DNA of 64,000 bases from NCBI GenBank assembly GCA_000004695.1, contig CM000151.3, positions 3,872,001 to 3,936,000 of the forward strand, read 5' to 3'. The DNA is from Dictyostelium discoideum. Taxonomy: Eukaryota. Below are positions 26,524 through 38,316 of this stretch, piece after piece (within the stretch, counting starts at the first letter, position 1; the number at the start of each line of letters is the position of its first letter). The notes under the pieces were generated by a model. That model was not told where the DNA came from. It saw only the letters and a program-made list of their open reading frames with translations, and did no database searches. The position numbers and the translations under genes are program-made.

Positions 26524-27683
26524 TTAAATCAGGAGATGATATTGTAATTGTTGCACCATTTCGTACAGCAATTTGTAAAGCTAAAAGAGGAGCATTCAAA
26601 GAGACAGCACCAGATGATTTATTAGCACCAGTTATTAAACATATTATCAAAGTTACCAAATTAGATCCAAAATTAATTGGAGATGTTGTTATGGGAGCAG
26701 TATTACCAAGATCATCACAAGGTGCAACCGAAGTTAGAGTTGCCACATTATTAGCAGGTTTACCAAAGGAAGTACCATGTTATACAGTCAACAGACAATG
26801 TTCATCAGGTTTACAAGCAATTGCCAATTGTGCAGCAGCAGTCAAAGCAGGTTTCTATGACATTGGTTTAGCAGGCGGTGTAGAATCAATGAGTTTAAAT
26901 CCAATGGCATGGGATGGTGGTTTCAACGAGGTTGCCCAAGAGGATCCAATCATTAGTGGTTGTTACAACACTATGGGTCAAACCTCTGAAAATGTCGCAG
27001 AGCGTTTTGGTGTCACCAGAAAAGACCAAGATGAATTCTCTGTAAATTCACACAAGAAGGCAGGTGCCGCCCAAAAAGCAGGTAAATTTGACGATGAAAT
27101 CGTTCCAGTCACCGTAAAGACCGAGGATGGCAAAACCATCGTCGTCGATAAAGACGAAGGTATCCGTGAGAAAACCACCGTTGCAGATTTGGCCAAATTA
27201 AAACCAGCTTTCAAAGAGGGTGGTACAACCACCGCTGGTAACTCTAGTCAAATGAGTGATGGTGCCGCCGCTTGTTTAGTTATGAAAAGAAGTACCGCCG
27301 AAAGATTGGGTCTCAAGGTTGAATTGGTTTTCGTAGCTTTTGCTGCTGTCGGTGTCGAACCATCCATTATGGGTATTGGTCCAGCCGTTGCAATTCCAGC
27401 CGCCTTAAAACAAGCTGGTCTCACCACTAAAGATATCGACGTTTTTGAAATCAATGAAGCTTTTGCTTCTCAAGCATTTTACAGTTGTAAGGTTTTGGGT
27501 TTGGATATGAACAAAGTTAATCCAAATGGCTCTGGTATCGCTTTAGGTCATCCATTAGGTGCTACTGGTGCCCGTCAAATGGCTACCATTTCAAGAGAAT
27601 TACATCGTCGTAAAGGTAAATATGGTGTAATCTCTATGTGTATTGGTACTGGCTTAGGTGCTGCAGCTGTTGTTCGTACAGAT

Positions 27684-27689
<6 letters not shown>
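26524..27689 (+). CDS. 3-ketoacyl-CoA thiolase (ACAA1-like) exon 2
   Basis: acceptor tatAG at 26522-23; VKSGDDIVIVAPFRTAICKAKRGAFKET.PDDLL, NRQCSSGLQAIANCA (active-site Cys), GLAGGVESMS, NEAFASQ, GHPLGATGARQ, CIGTGLGAA; stop at 27687-89. Confidence 0.9.
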
Positions 27690-27716
<27 letters not shown>

Positions 27717-28147
27717 AAAAATAAATAGTTAATTATAAAATTAGTGTAATATAAATATTAGTTTTTTTTAAAAAAATAAAAAATAAACAAAATTACTTGT
27801 TTATCTTTATTTATTTGTATTTTTTTATTATTTGTTTTTTTTAATTAAAACTTAAAATTAGTCACAAAGGATATTAGAGCTTGTACTCACCAGAGAATTT
27901 GCACAGTGGATTACATCAGATTTAAGATTACACAAAATAGCAGTGTTGGGTATGGGGAATTTAAATGTAAATAATAAATAAAAAAAAAAAAAAAAAAAAA
28001 TTAATATAAATAATTATTATTTTTGAAGGATTTTAAATAAAATATAAACAAAAATAAAGGAAAATCCTGGGATTGATATTTTTAATGAATTTTTATTTTA
28101 TTTTATTTTTAATTTTATTTTTAGTTTTTAGTTTTTATTTTGATTAT

Positions 28148-28986
28148 TTATGGATCTTCTTTATTATAACAAACATGATTCCATAAAGAAGAATGAGATT
28201 TTTCACCAACGGTACCATCTAAATTTTGGAATTCATAAACGAAATAAACTGAAAATTTATAAAGCATTTCATCACCAAAATGTCTTGTATTAAATTCTCT
28301 ACAAATGTATTTACCATGTTCAAGTCTAAGAGCATCACTATTACCTTGATTGTAACCATTTTCATAATATTTAAACCATCTATGATTTCCATAAGATTTA
28401 TAGAATGGATCAGGTTTTTCAAAGTTTACAACGGTATTAATTTCAAATTTGAACATACCTTCATCCTTGAATAATTCAACCTTTGTACCATCATCCAATT
28501 CACCATGGATTACATGCCACCAATGGGTTTTTGGAGGTGCAGGACTAAACATGTTCCAACCTTGGTCCAATCTGAAAATGTAAGCGAATTGATTCCAAGA
28601 ATAGTCATAACCAAGATTAATTTTAAATACATTCAAATTGTATGCTAATAAAAAGTAACAAATGAATAACATCCAAATGTTATTTACTATTCCATAGATA
28701 CGTGATGTTGGTGATGCTGGATATCTTCTCTTTTGATATGGTGTTCTCTTTCCACCAGACATAATTTGTTTCTGTTGTGAACGACTATGAATAACTTGAC
28801 AAATATTTGAGAAAACATTACAAACTCCATTTGGTATATAACTACATGCCATTGATAATGGTAATAATAATATAGATTTACTTAAAATAAAATTCAATGC
28901 ATAAATATTTCTCTTTCTAATACCATTTGCATCAATTGTAACTAACCAATCATCACCAACTAAATCTTTTTTACCAAATAAATTCA

Positions 28987-29022
<36 letters not shown>

Positions 29023-29666
29023 GATTATTATGATGTAACATATTAATATTATGATTTTGATTACCACTGTTCTTTTGATGTAAATTACCACCTCTACGAC
29101 GACCATGGGATCTATCAAAATCATCATTTTCATCATCACCATCATCATTGTCTGAATGATCATTTGATGATGATGATGATCCACTTAATGAATAAGCAAC
29201 AGTATTATTAGTTGCAATACCATTTGTAGTGATGGTTGTTGAATTTGTTGCTGTTGTTGTTGGAGTTATTGGTGAAACATTAATTGAATCTTCTTGATTA
29301 ATCATTTGTTCTAATGGTGAGAAAATTGCATGACCGGGTATAATGAAAAATGTTTTCAATGCTAATGCTATTCTTTGACTAAATGGGCTAGTTGTATTAT
29401 AATAAACTCTTGTAGCACGTTGACCTTTTAATATCTTTTTATCAGTCCATTTAAAGAATATTTCCCATGCTAGTGTTGGTATATTAATTAATTGAGCACC
29501 AGCTGTAACGAAAAAGAATAAACCCAAACGTAAACACATTACAAATCCAGCATGCATTGCAATAAATCCAAATGCTCCAAATAATCTACACCAATCTGAA
29601 TAAAATGGTGAAATTAAAAAGAAAATTCCAATTAATTCCCATTTTGCAACTGCAATTGTTAATAAT
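28148..29666 (-). CDS. HTTM-domain membrane protein (vitamin K-dependent gamma-carboxylase / lipase-maturation-factor-like), exon 2
   Basis: acceptor aaAG at 29668-67; multi-TM region then WNMFSPAPPKTHWWHVIHGELDDGTKVELFKDEG...; poly-Q/N inserts. Confidence 0.65.
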
Positions 29667-29774
29667 CTTTTTTTTTTTAAAAATAAAATAAAAATAATTA
29701 ATATATTTTTCAATTATAAAATTAATAAACTATTTATATAAATATAAAAAAAAAAAAAAAAAAAAAGAATTTAC

Positions 29775-30255
29775 CTTAATGGAGTACGGAAATGTAATAG
29801 GAATTTTGCGAAATCAGTTGCGAAATAGTCAAGTGTAATTGCATAGAAAGTTGCTTCACCATTTTTCCATTCAACACCAGTTTTATGAAAATAGGAAGTA
29901 CAATACATTAAACCCATTTGTAAAAGTATAGCAAAAGTACCAAATGAAAGGAAACGATAACTATCAGGATCTTTCATTGATTGATGATTATTCTTTTCTT
30001 CTGAATTAATTATATTAATTTCAATACCAGTTTCATCACTACCACCGCCATTTGAATGTAATAATGATTGACTTTCTTGTTGTTGTTGAATTTGTAATGG
30101 TGATAATGGTGGTTGTTGAATTTGTAATTGTTGAATTTGATCATTTTGTAATTGTTGTTGGTGTTGTTGATCATTTTGTTGTGGTAATGGTAATGATGGA
30201 TCAGGATCTGATAAATTAATAGCAGCAATATTATTATTATTACCACCAATAGCAA

Positions 30256-30289
<34 letters not shown>

Positions 30290-30832
30290 TGATAAACTTG
30301 GACGTCTTGAAGGTGGATCATTAAAGAAAGTAGCGGTATCAAATGCAAAGTAATTAGCAGTTGGTATGAAAATATTTAAAAATAACATCATACGAAAGAA
30401 AACATCACCGCCATGACCAACTATACCAACGTAAGCTTGTAATGAAATGGTCATGAACCAAGTTAGAATTGAGAATAGTTTTGTACGGTATCCAACCATC
30501 ATACATAATGCAAATACTATATGTAAAGCGAATAGGAATGCTTGAAACACCACCGATGTATTGATTAAATGAATTGGTGCAAAATAGTTACTACTGAATC
30601 GGCTAACAATTAAATGACGTGGCATCATACCATATTCTGAATACATCACTCTAAGATCGGTTGAACGTTCAATAACATCTCCAATCACACATAATGCCAT
30701 AGTAACACGAAATAATGCTAATGATCTATAATCCATACCAAACATCAACATTAATTTATGTTGTATCTTTTTCAATGTATTTTTTGAAATTGAGTTCTTT
30801 AAAGATGTTGGTGCTTTCTTCATTTTACCCAT
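29775..30832 (-). CDS. HTTM-domain protein exon 1
   Basis: ATG 30832; LALFRVTMALCVIGDVIERSTDL...GGDVFFRMMLFLNIFIP is a typical HTTM core (LA.FRI.FGLL...W, GGD.LLR.LLF...F.P); donor AG|GTAAAT at 29774. Confidence 0.65.
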
Positions 30833-31470
30833 TTTTATTGTATATATAGATATATATATAGATATATATCTATCTATCTATCTATCTATATACAATATGT
30901 ATATATGTTATATTAATTTATCTTTTGATTAAATATTATTATCTTATTGTTATTATTATTATTATTATTATTATTTATTTCTATTGTTATTATTAATATT
31001 ACTAATTTAATTCATATAAATATTATATGAATATTATTGCTTCTATTAATTTGTATTTTTTTTTTTTTTTTTTAAGGAAAATAAAATAATTTAAATTAGT
31101 AATTATTAATATTACAATATAAATAGAATTTGTTTTGTTTTTTTTTAATATTTTTTTATTTTTTTTTATTTTTAATTTTTTTTTTTTTTTAAAATACAAA
31201 AAAAAAAAAATTAAAATAAATAAATAAATAAATAAATAAATAAATTAAATGTGTGTATGTTGGTATGATTTTTTTTATTTTTTTGATCATTTTTTTTTTT
31301 TTTTTCTCTTCTATAGTACATTTATATACGTTAAGATAAATAAAAAAAAAAAATTTGTATGTGTTTTTAATTTAAATTCCACTGTTGTTATTGGAAAACA
31401 CACATTAACACAGGTGTAAATTGCCTTTGAGTTTAAAAAAATGAAAAATTTTGTAATATTTAAGAATTTT

Positions 31471-31515
31471 TTACACACACACGTACACTGTACCCCCTCC
31501 CCCACTATATAATAC
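31471..31515. promoter_or_regulatory. CA-rich element (ACACACACACGTACAC), C-rich box (CCCCCTCCCCC) and TATA box (TATATAAT); resembles Dictyostelium GBF-type CAE/G-box promoter elements
   Basis: the only GC-containing island in a 1.3-kb AT-rich intergenic region, between the HTTM gene start (30832, minus) and the CPSF3 stop (32161). Confidence 0.4.
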
Positions 31516-31976
31516 ATATACATCACAATTATATTTATTTATTTTTTTTTTTTTTAATTTATATTTTTTATTTTTTTTTTTAAACAAGTATAACAAAAAA
31601 AAAAAAATATAAAAAAAAAGAGTATTGTGCAATGATACTACAAGTTATTGTATTTTTTTAAATCATTGTTGTTTTTTTTTTATTTTTATTTTCAATTTTT
31701 TTTTTTTTTTTATTTTTTTTTTTATAACATTTGATTTATTTTATATATTATTTTTGAGAGTTTATTTATTTATTTTATTAATGAAAAAAGTGAAGATTTT
31801 ATGTATATCTATTTTTATATTCTTTTACCTTTTTTTATTGGTGGTATTTGATAAAAAAAAAAAAAATATATTAAAATATGAATTAAAAATAAAAAGTCGT
31901 TTTTTTTTTTTTTTTAATAAAACTAAATTAATTAAAGTTTTATTAAAAAAAAAATCAAAATCAAACTTTTTTTTTT

Positions 31977-32016
<40 letters not shown>

Positions 32017-32116
32017 CAGACGACTGACTGTTCTTCAAACATTTCTTGAACAACCGATATTTTTTTTTCTTCAAAATGGATACAATTAATTAAAAAAAAA
32101 AAAAAAAAAAAAATTA

Positions 32117-32149
<33 letters not shown>

Positions 32150-32160
32150 TTAAAAATTTT

Positions 32161-34195
32161 TTATTTAAAATCAGTTTCCATTTTAATATTATTTTCATTA
32201 TCTTGATTATTAATTTGATTTAAATTATTTCCAATTGGAGAAACTGATAAAATGATTCTTTTAATTGAATTTTCAATTTTTTGTTTTAAAATTTGATCTA
32301 AAGATTCAACTGTTAAAGTTTCTAAATGAATGATTGCTTTTTGATTATCTAAATTAAAATGTAAAATTAATGGATCATTTTCATCTACTTTAAAATTACC
32401 ATATTGTTGTTCCAATAATAATTTTACTTCTGTAATTGTATTTAATTTATTTGAAAGTTTTCTAGATTTTCTACTAACAACTTTTATTTGAATTTCATCA
32501 TCATCATCATCGTCACCATCTTGTTGTTCTTTTTCTTTTTCTTTTTCTTTTTCAATATCATCTTTAGTAATTTCTTCTTTTTCATCAATATTATTAAAAT
32601 TTGGATTTCTAACTTTAATACTTAATGGATTTAATTCAATTTGTGAGATTAAAGCAATGATCGAATCACAAATCATATCATTAACAGTATTTGAATTCCA
32701 TTCTAATATAATTGAAACACCAATATTATAAATTAATTTAATTTCATTATAAATTGTAATTGTTGGTTTTTCATTACCACCACCACCAGTTGATTCCGTT
32801 GATTCTATAATTTGTTCATAAATTTGTTCTAAAGTTGAAATTAAAATATGATAAGTTTGAGCAAAAGGTAAAGTGAGTTTTTGTTTGATTATGTTTGTTT
32901 TTAAATTTGTATAATTATGAATATCTGAAGCTGAAAGTATATGATGAGTGAAATCTTTTGTAACTAAAATACCTTGAATGATATCATTTTGTTTTGGTGG
33001 ATTTGTAATGATTGAACCTAATGTTTTTGCAACTTTTTCAGGTCTAAACTCTAATGCTACACTCATTGCATTCTTTGGTGTTAAAACATTGATTGTTTTA
33101 AATTTAGCCACTAATGATTGACGTAAACGTGACATTTCATTCGCATCACCATGTACCAATACTACATGTGGTGGTTGAATCTCTTGAATGAATTCGCTGG
33201 TTTGTAAGAAATCTGAATGGGCACTAAATGAAACATAGCTAACCGTTAGATTCAAAGGTACATTAACATTATCGAGACGTGTGATTTCGGCAGGTTCAGA
33301 CATGATATGTTTGGCAAGGGTACCTTCAACACTATAACCCGGAATCACAATACCATTACGTTTATCAGAGCACCAACGTTCAAACAATTGTCTAGAGAGA
33401 CCACTTTGAAGCATACCAGGTGACGCCATAAACACACAGGGACCTCTATCATCGAACGATTCAATACCCTTGATATTCTTAATATGCTTGAATTCGAATG
33501 GATTCGATACATCGAATTGTGCTCTAACACGGTCATTCATCATATTGATATAGGTCCTATAGACACCCATACACTTCTTTGCCAACGCACTTGCATAGTA
33601 GATGGGGACATGATGCAATTGTGGATTTGCAATCCAATATTCATCGAGGATCAACAACAATTCTTGTGCCCTACCCAACGCAAACACTGGTATCAAACAT
33701 TTCCCATTACGTTCCACAACTTGATGAACTGATGACGTAAACCTTTTCTCTCTCTCTAGACGTGGTTCGTGCACTTGAACACCGTATGTCGACTCGATGA
33801 TCAATACATCCACTTTAACAGGCGGTGTCTCTGCTCCCATTAAATGTCTATCCTCTTGACGTGAAAAATCACCAGTGTAAAGTATCTTCACACCCGCTAT
33901 CTCTATCATAAACATTGCAGCACCCAACACATGTCCCGCATTAAAACATGTCACCTTTATACCATTATGTTCTACCTTTTGTCTATATCTAACCTTTTCA
34001 ATCTTTTCTAAACTACGATCTAAATCACTCTTATCAAACAACATATCATCATCTCTCGTTATATTTGATACTTTTACATAATCTGATAATAACATTCCAT
34101 AAATTGCTTTAGTTGGATGTGTCATAAATACTCTTCCTTTAAATTTAGTTTTACCAACAAAATATGGTACTGCTGCTGCATGATCTAAATGAAAA
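32161..34195 (-). CDS. cpsf3: Cleavage and polyadenylation specificity factor subunit 3 (CPSF-73 endonuclease), exon 2
   Basis: acceptor tttAG at 34197-96; metallo-beta-lactamase/beta-CASP motifs FHLDHAAAVPYF, FMTHPTKAIYGMLLSDYVKVSN, CFNAGHVLGAAMFMIEIAGVKILYTGDFSRQEDRHL, ESTYG, VFALGRAQELLLILDEYW, FSAH.D; collinear with human CPSF3. Confidence 0.9.
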
Positions 34196-34280
34196 CTAAA
34201 ATAAAAATTAATTATAATTAATAAATAAATATATTTATATATATATATATATATTTCTTATAAAATAAATTATTACTTAC

Positions 34281-34570
34281 TGACTAACTAATAATAAATC
34301 AATATCAGGTATATCAGATTCAATTGAATCAAAAAATGGTAATGAAACTAAACCAGAATAAGCTGGATGAACACCACAATCAAACATCACTTTTTTACCT
34401 TTATATTTTAATAATACACATGATCTTCCTACTTCACTACCACTACCAATTGGGGTAATCTCTAAAATGTCATCATCCTCTGTACCACCTTTCAATGGTC
34501 TCTTTAAATGTTGATTATGGTGATGTTGATATCTACCATGATGTCCATGATGATGGTTATTATGATGCAT
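34281..34570 (-). CDS. cpsf3: CPSF3 exon 1 (His-rich N-terminus; ITPIGSGSEVGRSCVLLKYKGKKVMFDCGVHP...DLLLVS)
   Basis: ATG 34570; donor CA|GTAAGT at 34280; splice gives LLLVSHFHLDH = canonical HxHxDH. Confidence 0.85.
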
Positions 34571-34652
34571 TATTTATAAAAATGTTTTTATTTATTTGTT
34601 TTTATTCGTTTTTGTGTATATATGTGTGTTGTTTACATAATTTGAAATGAAA

Positions 34653-34660
<8 letters not shown>

Positions 34661-34722
<62 letters not shown>

Positions 34723-34738
34723 GGGAGATCTCCCAAAT
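34661..34738. repeat. 57-nt poly(T) tract followed by a perfect 16-bp palindrome TTGGGAGATCTCCCAA
   Basis: seen directly in sequence; palindrome centred on AGATCT at 34721-34736. Confidence 0.9.
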
Positions 34739-35671
34739 AATTTATTTTTATTTTTTTATTTTTTTTTTTTTAATTCAAGAATTTAAAACAAAGAGACCCA
34801 TAATCTAATATTTTTATTTTATTTTATTTTATTTTTTTAACTAATTGATATAACGATCTATTTCCACTTCTTTGAAAAATTATAAAGTGATGACTTAATT
34901 AATAAATAATTTTTTCCTAAAAAAAAAAAAAATTAATTAAATAATTTCTATTTTCACATTCCTTTTTTGAGACTAAATATAAAAATAGAAATCAACCAGA
35001 TGTACCAAATGAATATTCAAATAATTCAATTATTTAAATTAATGAATTGTTTACTCCAGATTTTATATTGCCAAATAATTTACCTCATTAAATAGCAAAT
35101 TGTCCTGTTTGGTTAATTTGGTTGGTCAATTATAAAGTTACAAAATATTAAATATAAAAAAAAAAAAAAAAATAGTGAATTTTCCCTATTTAGTTATTAC
35201 CAGTTTTATAAATCAGTAAGATATTTTTATTTTTAACACACCAAAGTTATTTCTTTTTTTTTTAGGGAGTTATTTTTCCTTTTTCTGTTTTTTTTTTTTT
35301 TTTTTTTTTTCCTGCGACAACCCCATTTGCATAAAATTTATTTTAAATTGTTAACTTTTTTATTTATTCCTTTTTGAGACCGAATCCGAAAAAAAAAAAA
35401 AAAAAAAAAGAGGCTAGATATTTTAAAACAAAATTGAAAAGGAAATAATAATTTATTAATAAACCAACAAAAAATATAATAATGGAGTATTGGCTATATT
35501 TTAAATTCACTAAAATCTTAAATTCTTAAAGTATAATTCATTTTACAATGGTTGTTGAACAATTAAATTACATATGATAAATTTACTGCTATAAATAAAA
35601 AAAAATAAAAAATAAAAAATAACAATAATTAAAATAAATTTAAAAACTTTAAAAACTATAAAATATTAAAA

Positions 35672-35741
35672 ATGACAATAATCAGTAGGTCAAATAAATT
35701 AATAATAATAAAAAAATTAATAAAATAAAATTAACTAATTT

Positions 35742-35796
<55 letters not shown>

Positions 35797-35998
35797 ATAA
35801 TCAGACTCAATTTCTTCATTAGGAAAAATCTCAAATAAAAATAAAAGCCAAAATAATTTAAATGGTATTAACAATTCAAATAGTTCTTCAAATATCCAAG
35901 GATCAAATCAAAACACAGGAATAGTTAGTGGCTTATTAGAAATAGTTCGTGGAGTTGTTCTTGCCCTTGGTGTAGTTGTTGGTGCAATAGGATTGTAA
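35672..35998 (+). CDS. Possible small two-exon gene for a ~68-aa tail-anchored protein (MTII|[21 protein letters not shown]...[27 protein letters not shown])
   Basis: exon 1 35672..35684 (donor A|GTAGGT); 120-bp poly-T intron; acceptor atcAG at 35803-04; exon 2 35805..35998; hydrophobic C-terminal TM; speculative. Confidence 0.25.
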
Positions 35999-36526
35999 AA
36001 AGAATTTTAAAAATTAATTAATATTCTTTGGATTTTTTTTTTTTAAAATTAAATAAAATACTATAGTTTTATTTATTTATTTTTATTTTATATATATTTT
36101 TATTTTTTAATCATTTTAAAAAATTAAATTTAAATCAACTAATGGATTTACAACCATTTGAGAATCTAATATTTGAACCCTTGATTTTGATATTTTTTGA
36201 TATTTTTTTGATTGAAAAAAAAAAAAAAAAAAAATTAAAAAAACAGAAGGGTTTCATTCATTATTTTTTTTATTTAATATGAATTTGTGTATTTTTGAAT
36301 ATTCTATTTTTATATACTATATTCATATTAAAAAAATAAATAAAATTAAACCATTGTTAAAAAAAAATCAAATATAAAATTAAAAAAAAAAAAAAAAAAA
36401 TGAAAATTTGAATGTTTTTGTCAGTTATTAATCTATTTTTATTTTTATTTTTATTTTTTTTTAATTTTTTTTAATTTTTTTTTTTTTTTAATAATAGACC
36501 ACCCCAAAATACTAATAATATCAAAG

Positions 36527-36655
36527 ATGAATGGTGCAGATATTTCATTAATCGTTTTAGCAGGTTTTGTTGGATTTATTGTGTTAATAATTATATTGAA
36601 TCTTTTTTCAAAGATCTTTATAGTTGAAAAAGGCACATGTGTCATTGTAGAAAGA
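36527..36655 (+). CDS. SPFH/Band-7 (stomatin-like) protein exon 1 (MNGADISLIVLAGFVGFIVLIIILNLFSKIFIVEKGTCVIVER)
   Basis: N-terminal TM + IVEKG..VIVER (stomatin IVKEYERAVIFRLGR); donor AGA|GTAATT at 36656. Confidence 0.7.
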
Positions 36656-36771
36656 GTAATTAATATACCCCTTCATTTCAAATTTTGTTAAATCAAGTTA
36701 ATATTAATATTAATATTAACAATCATTCCTTTATTTATTTTATAAACATAACTCAACATAACAATCAATAG

Positions 36772-36969
36772 TTTGGTAAATTTCACAAGAAATGTGATGC
36801 AGGTATTCATGTATTAGTACCATTCATTGATGAAATTAAACCATTACTTTGGAGATATACAACAACTTATTATGATTCAAATATTTATACAACAGGTAAA
36901 CAAAATTATAAAGTAACTCAAAAATTAATGTATAAAATTGATACAAGAGAGTCATTAATGGATTTTCCT
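36772..36969 (+). CDS. SPFH protein exon 2 (FGKFHKKCDAGIHVLVPFIDEIKP...KIDTRESLMDFP)
   Basis: acceptor aatAG at 36770-71; donor CCT|GTATGT at 36970; KIDTRESLMDFP corresponds to stomatin KVDMRTISFDIPP. Confidence 0.65.
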
Positions 36970-37058
36970 GTATGTATATATATATATTAATGATATAGAT
37001 AGAATTTCAAATTTTCAATATATTAATAGTGTGTATATATATATACTATTTTTTACAG

Positions 37059-37358
37059 TTACAATCAATTATTACACGTGATAATGTAAAGATTAAAGTA
37101 CATCCAATGTTACTATATCGTATTGTTGATCCGATTAGAGCAGTTTATGAAGTTTATGATTTAGCATTATGTGTAGAGAAATTGGTTCAAACATCACTAA
37201 GATCAATCATTGGTGATATGGGTTTAGATGATACTTTAGCCTCAAGAGAGGAAATTAATAAAACATTAATGTTAAAGATTAGTAGTATCTTTTTAAATTT
37301 TGGTTTTAAATTAGAAAAAGTTGAAATTTTAGAAATTTTACCTTCACAATCAATTCAA
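37059..37358 (+). CDS. SPFH protein exon 3 (LQSIITRDNVKIKVHPMLLYRIVDPIRAVYEVYDLALCVEKLVQTSLRSIIGDMGLDDTLASREEIN...FGFKLEKVEILEILPSQSIQ)
   Basis: acceptor tacAG at 37057-58; matches stomatin QEILTKDSV...YYRV.....AV..V.N...A...LAQTTLRNVLGT..L...LS.REEI; donor CAA|GTAAGT at 37359. Confidence 0.8.
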
Positions 37359-37418
37359 GTAAGTTTTAAACTATATATATATGTATATACTCTCTCATTC
37401 ATTTTAATTAATATGTAT

Positions 37419-37424
<6 letters not shown>

Positions 37425-37486
<62 letters not shown>
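37425..37486. repeat. (TA)~31 dinucleotide microsatellite inside intron 3 of the SPFH gene
   Basis: tatatatatata... run. Confidence 0.95.
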
Positions 37487-37490
<4 letters not shown>

Positions 37491-37493
37491 TAG

Positions 37494-37865
37494 GATGCAT
37501 TACATTTACAAATTTCATCAGAACGTGTACGTAGAGCAAATGTAATTTCAGCAGAAGGTTTTAGAGAACAAACTAAAACAGAAGCAGAAGGTGATTGTCA
37601 AGCTCAAATTTCATTATCAAGAGGAAGACAACAAGTTTTAATTATATCTGCAAGAGCAGAGGCTGAATCAAAGATTATTGAAGCACAAGCTGAAGCTGAT
37701 TCAATTAAAATCATTGGTGATGCTTTAAAAGAATTTAACATTGAACCAACTCAATATATAATTGGTACTAAATATATAACTACTTTAATTTCTATGGCTA
37801 AAAAATCAAAATCTGTTAATATTGGTTTACCTTATTCTTCTCAAATTTTAGGTTCTGTTAAAAAG

Positions 37866-37871
<6 letters not shown>
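37494..37871 (+). CDS. SPFH protein exon 4 (DALHLQISSERVRRANVISAEGFREQTKTEAEGD...AQAEADSIKIIGDALKEF...)
   Basis: acceptor tttAG at 37492-93; matches stomatin QLQRAMAAEAEA.REARAKVIAAEGE.....L; stop TAA at 37869-71. Confidence 0.8.
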
Positions 37872-37904
<33 letters not shown>

Positions 37905-38274
37905 ATTTTTGATATATATATAACAAGAATAATTTGTAAATTATATTCACAATAAAAAAAAAGAAAGGAGAAGAAAGAAAGAAAGAAACAAGTAGTAACT
38001 TTTTTTATTTTTATAATAATAATAATAATTTCGAAATTATTAAATTTTATTTATTTTTTTTTTCATTGGCACAACAAATAAGCAAGCAATCAAGGACTTT
38101 TAAAAAAAGAAATGGGGTCTTGTAAAGAAAAAAGTATGGTGTAAATTAAATGTTTTTTCATTTATATTATATTGTATTTTAAATGATGGTGAATTATTAT
38201 TTAAAGTACTTGTATTATTATTATTGTTTTCGGATATTATTGAAATATTAATTATTGATTCTATAAAAAAATAC

Positions 38275-38316
<42 letters not shown>

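Noticed and set aside
27850-27960. GC-richer 110-bp island downstream of the thiolase gene, considered as a snoRNA or small RNA
   Set aside because: It has no box C (UGAUGA)/D (CUGA) pair or H/ACA arrangement at appropriate spacing. It is most simply the thiolase 3'UTR.
31625-31978. ORF 31625..31978+ (MCNDTTSYCIFLNHCCFFFIF...) and similar Phe/Ile/Lys-rich ORFs in intergenic regions (5663 region aside; 16661..16870, 18725..18934, 25593..25781, 43993..44187 part, 47532..47807)
   Set aside because: These are translations of poly-T/poly-A intergenic DNA (TTT=F, AAA=K, ATT=I). They have no domain, no splice-consistent structure and overlapping opposite-strand twins.
35375-35392. tRNA gene suggested by a B-box-like GAGACCGAATCCG
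   Set aside because: The preceding 70 nt are AT-rich with no A-box, no acceptor-stem complementarity and no cloverleaf. I found no tRNA-like GC-rich 72-nt segment anywhere in the window. It is retained only as a motif observation in the findings.
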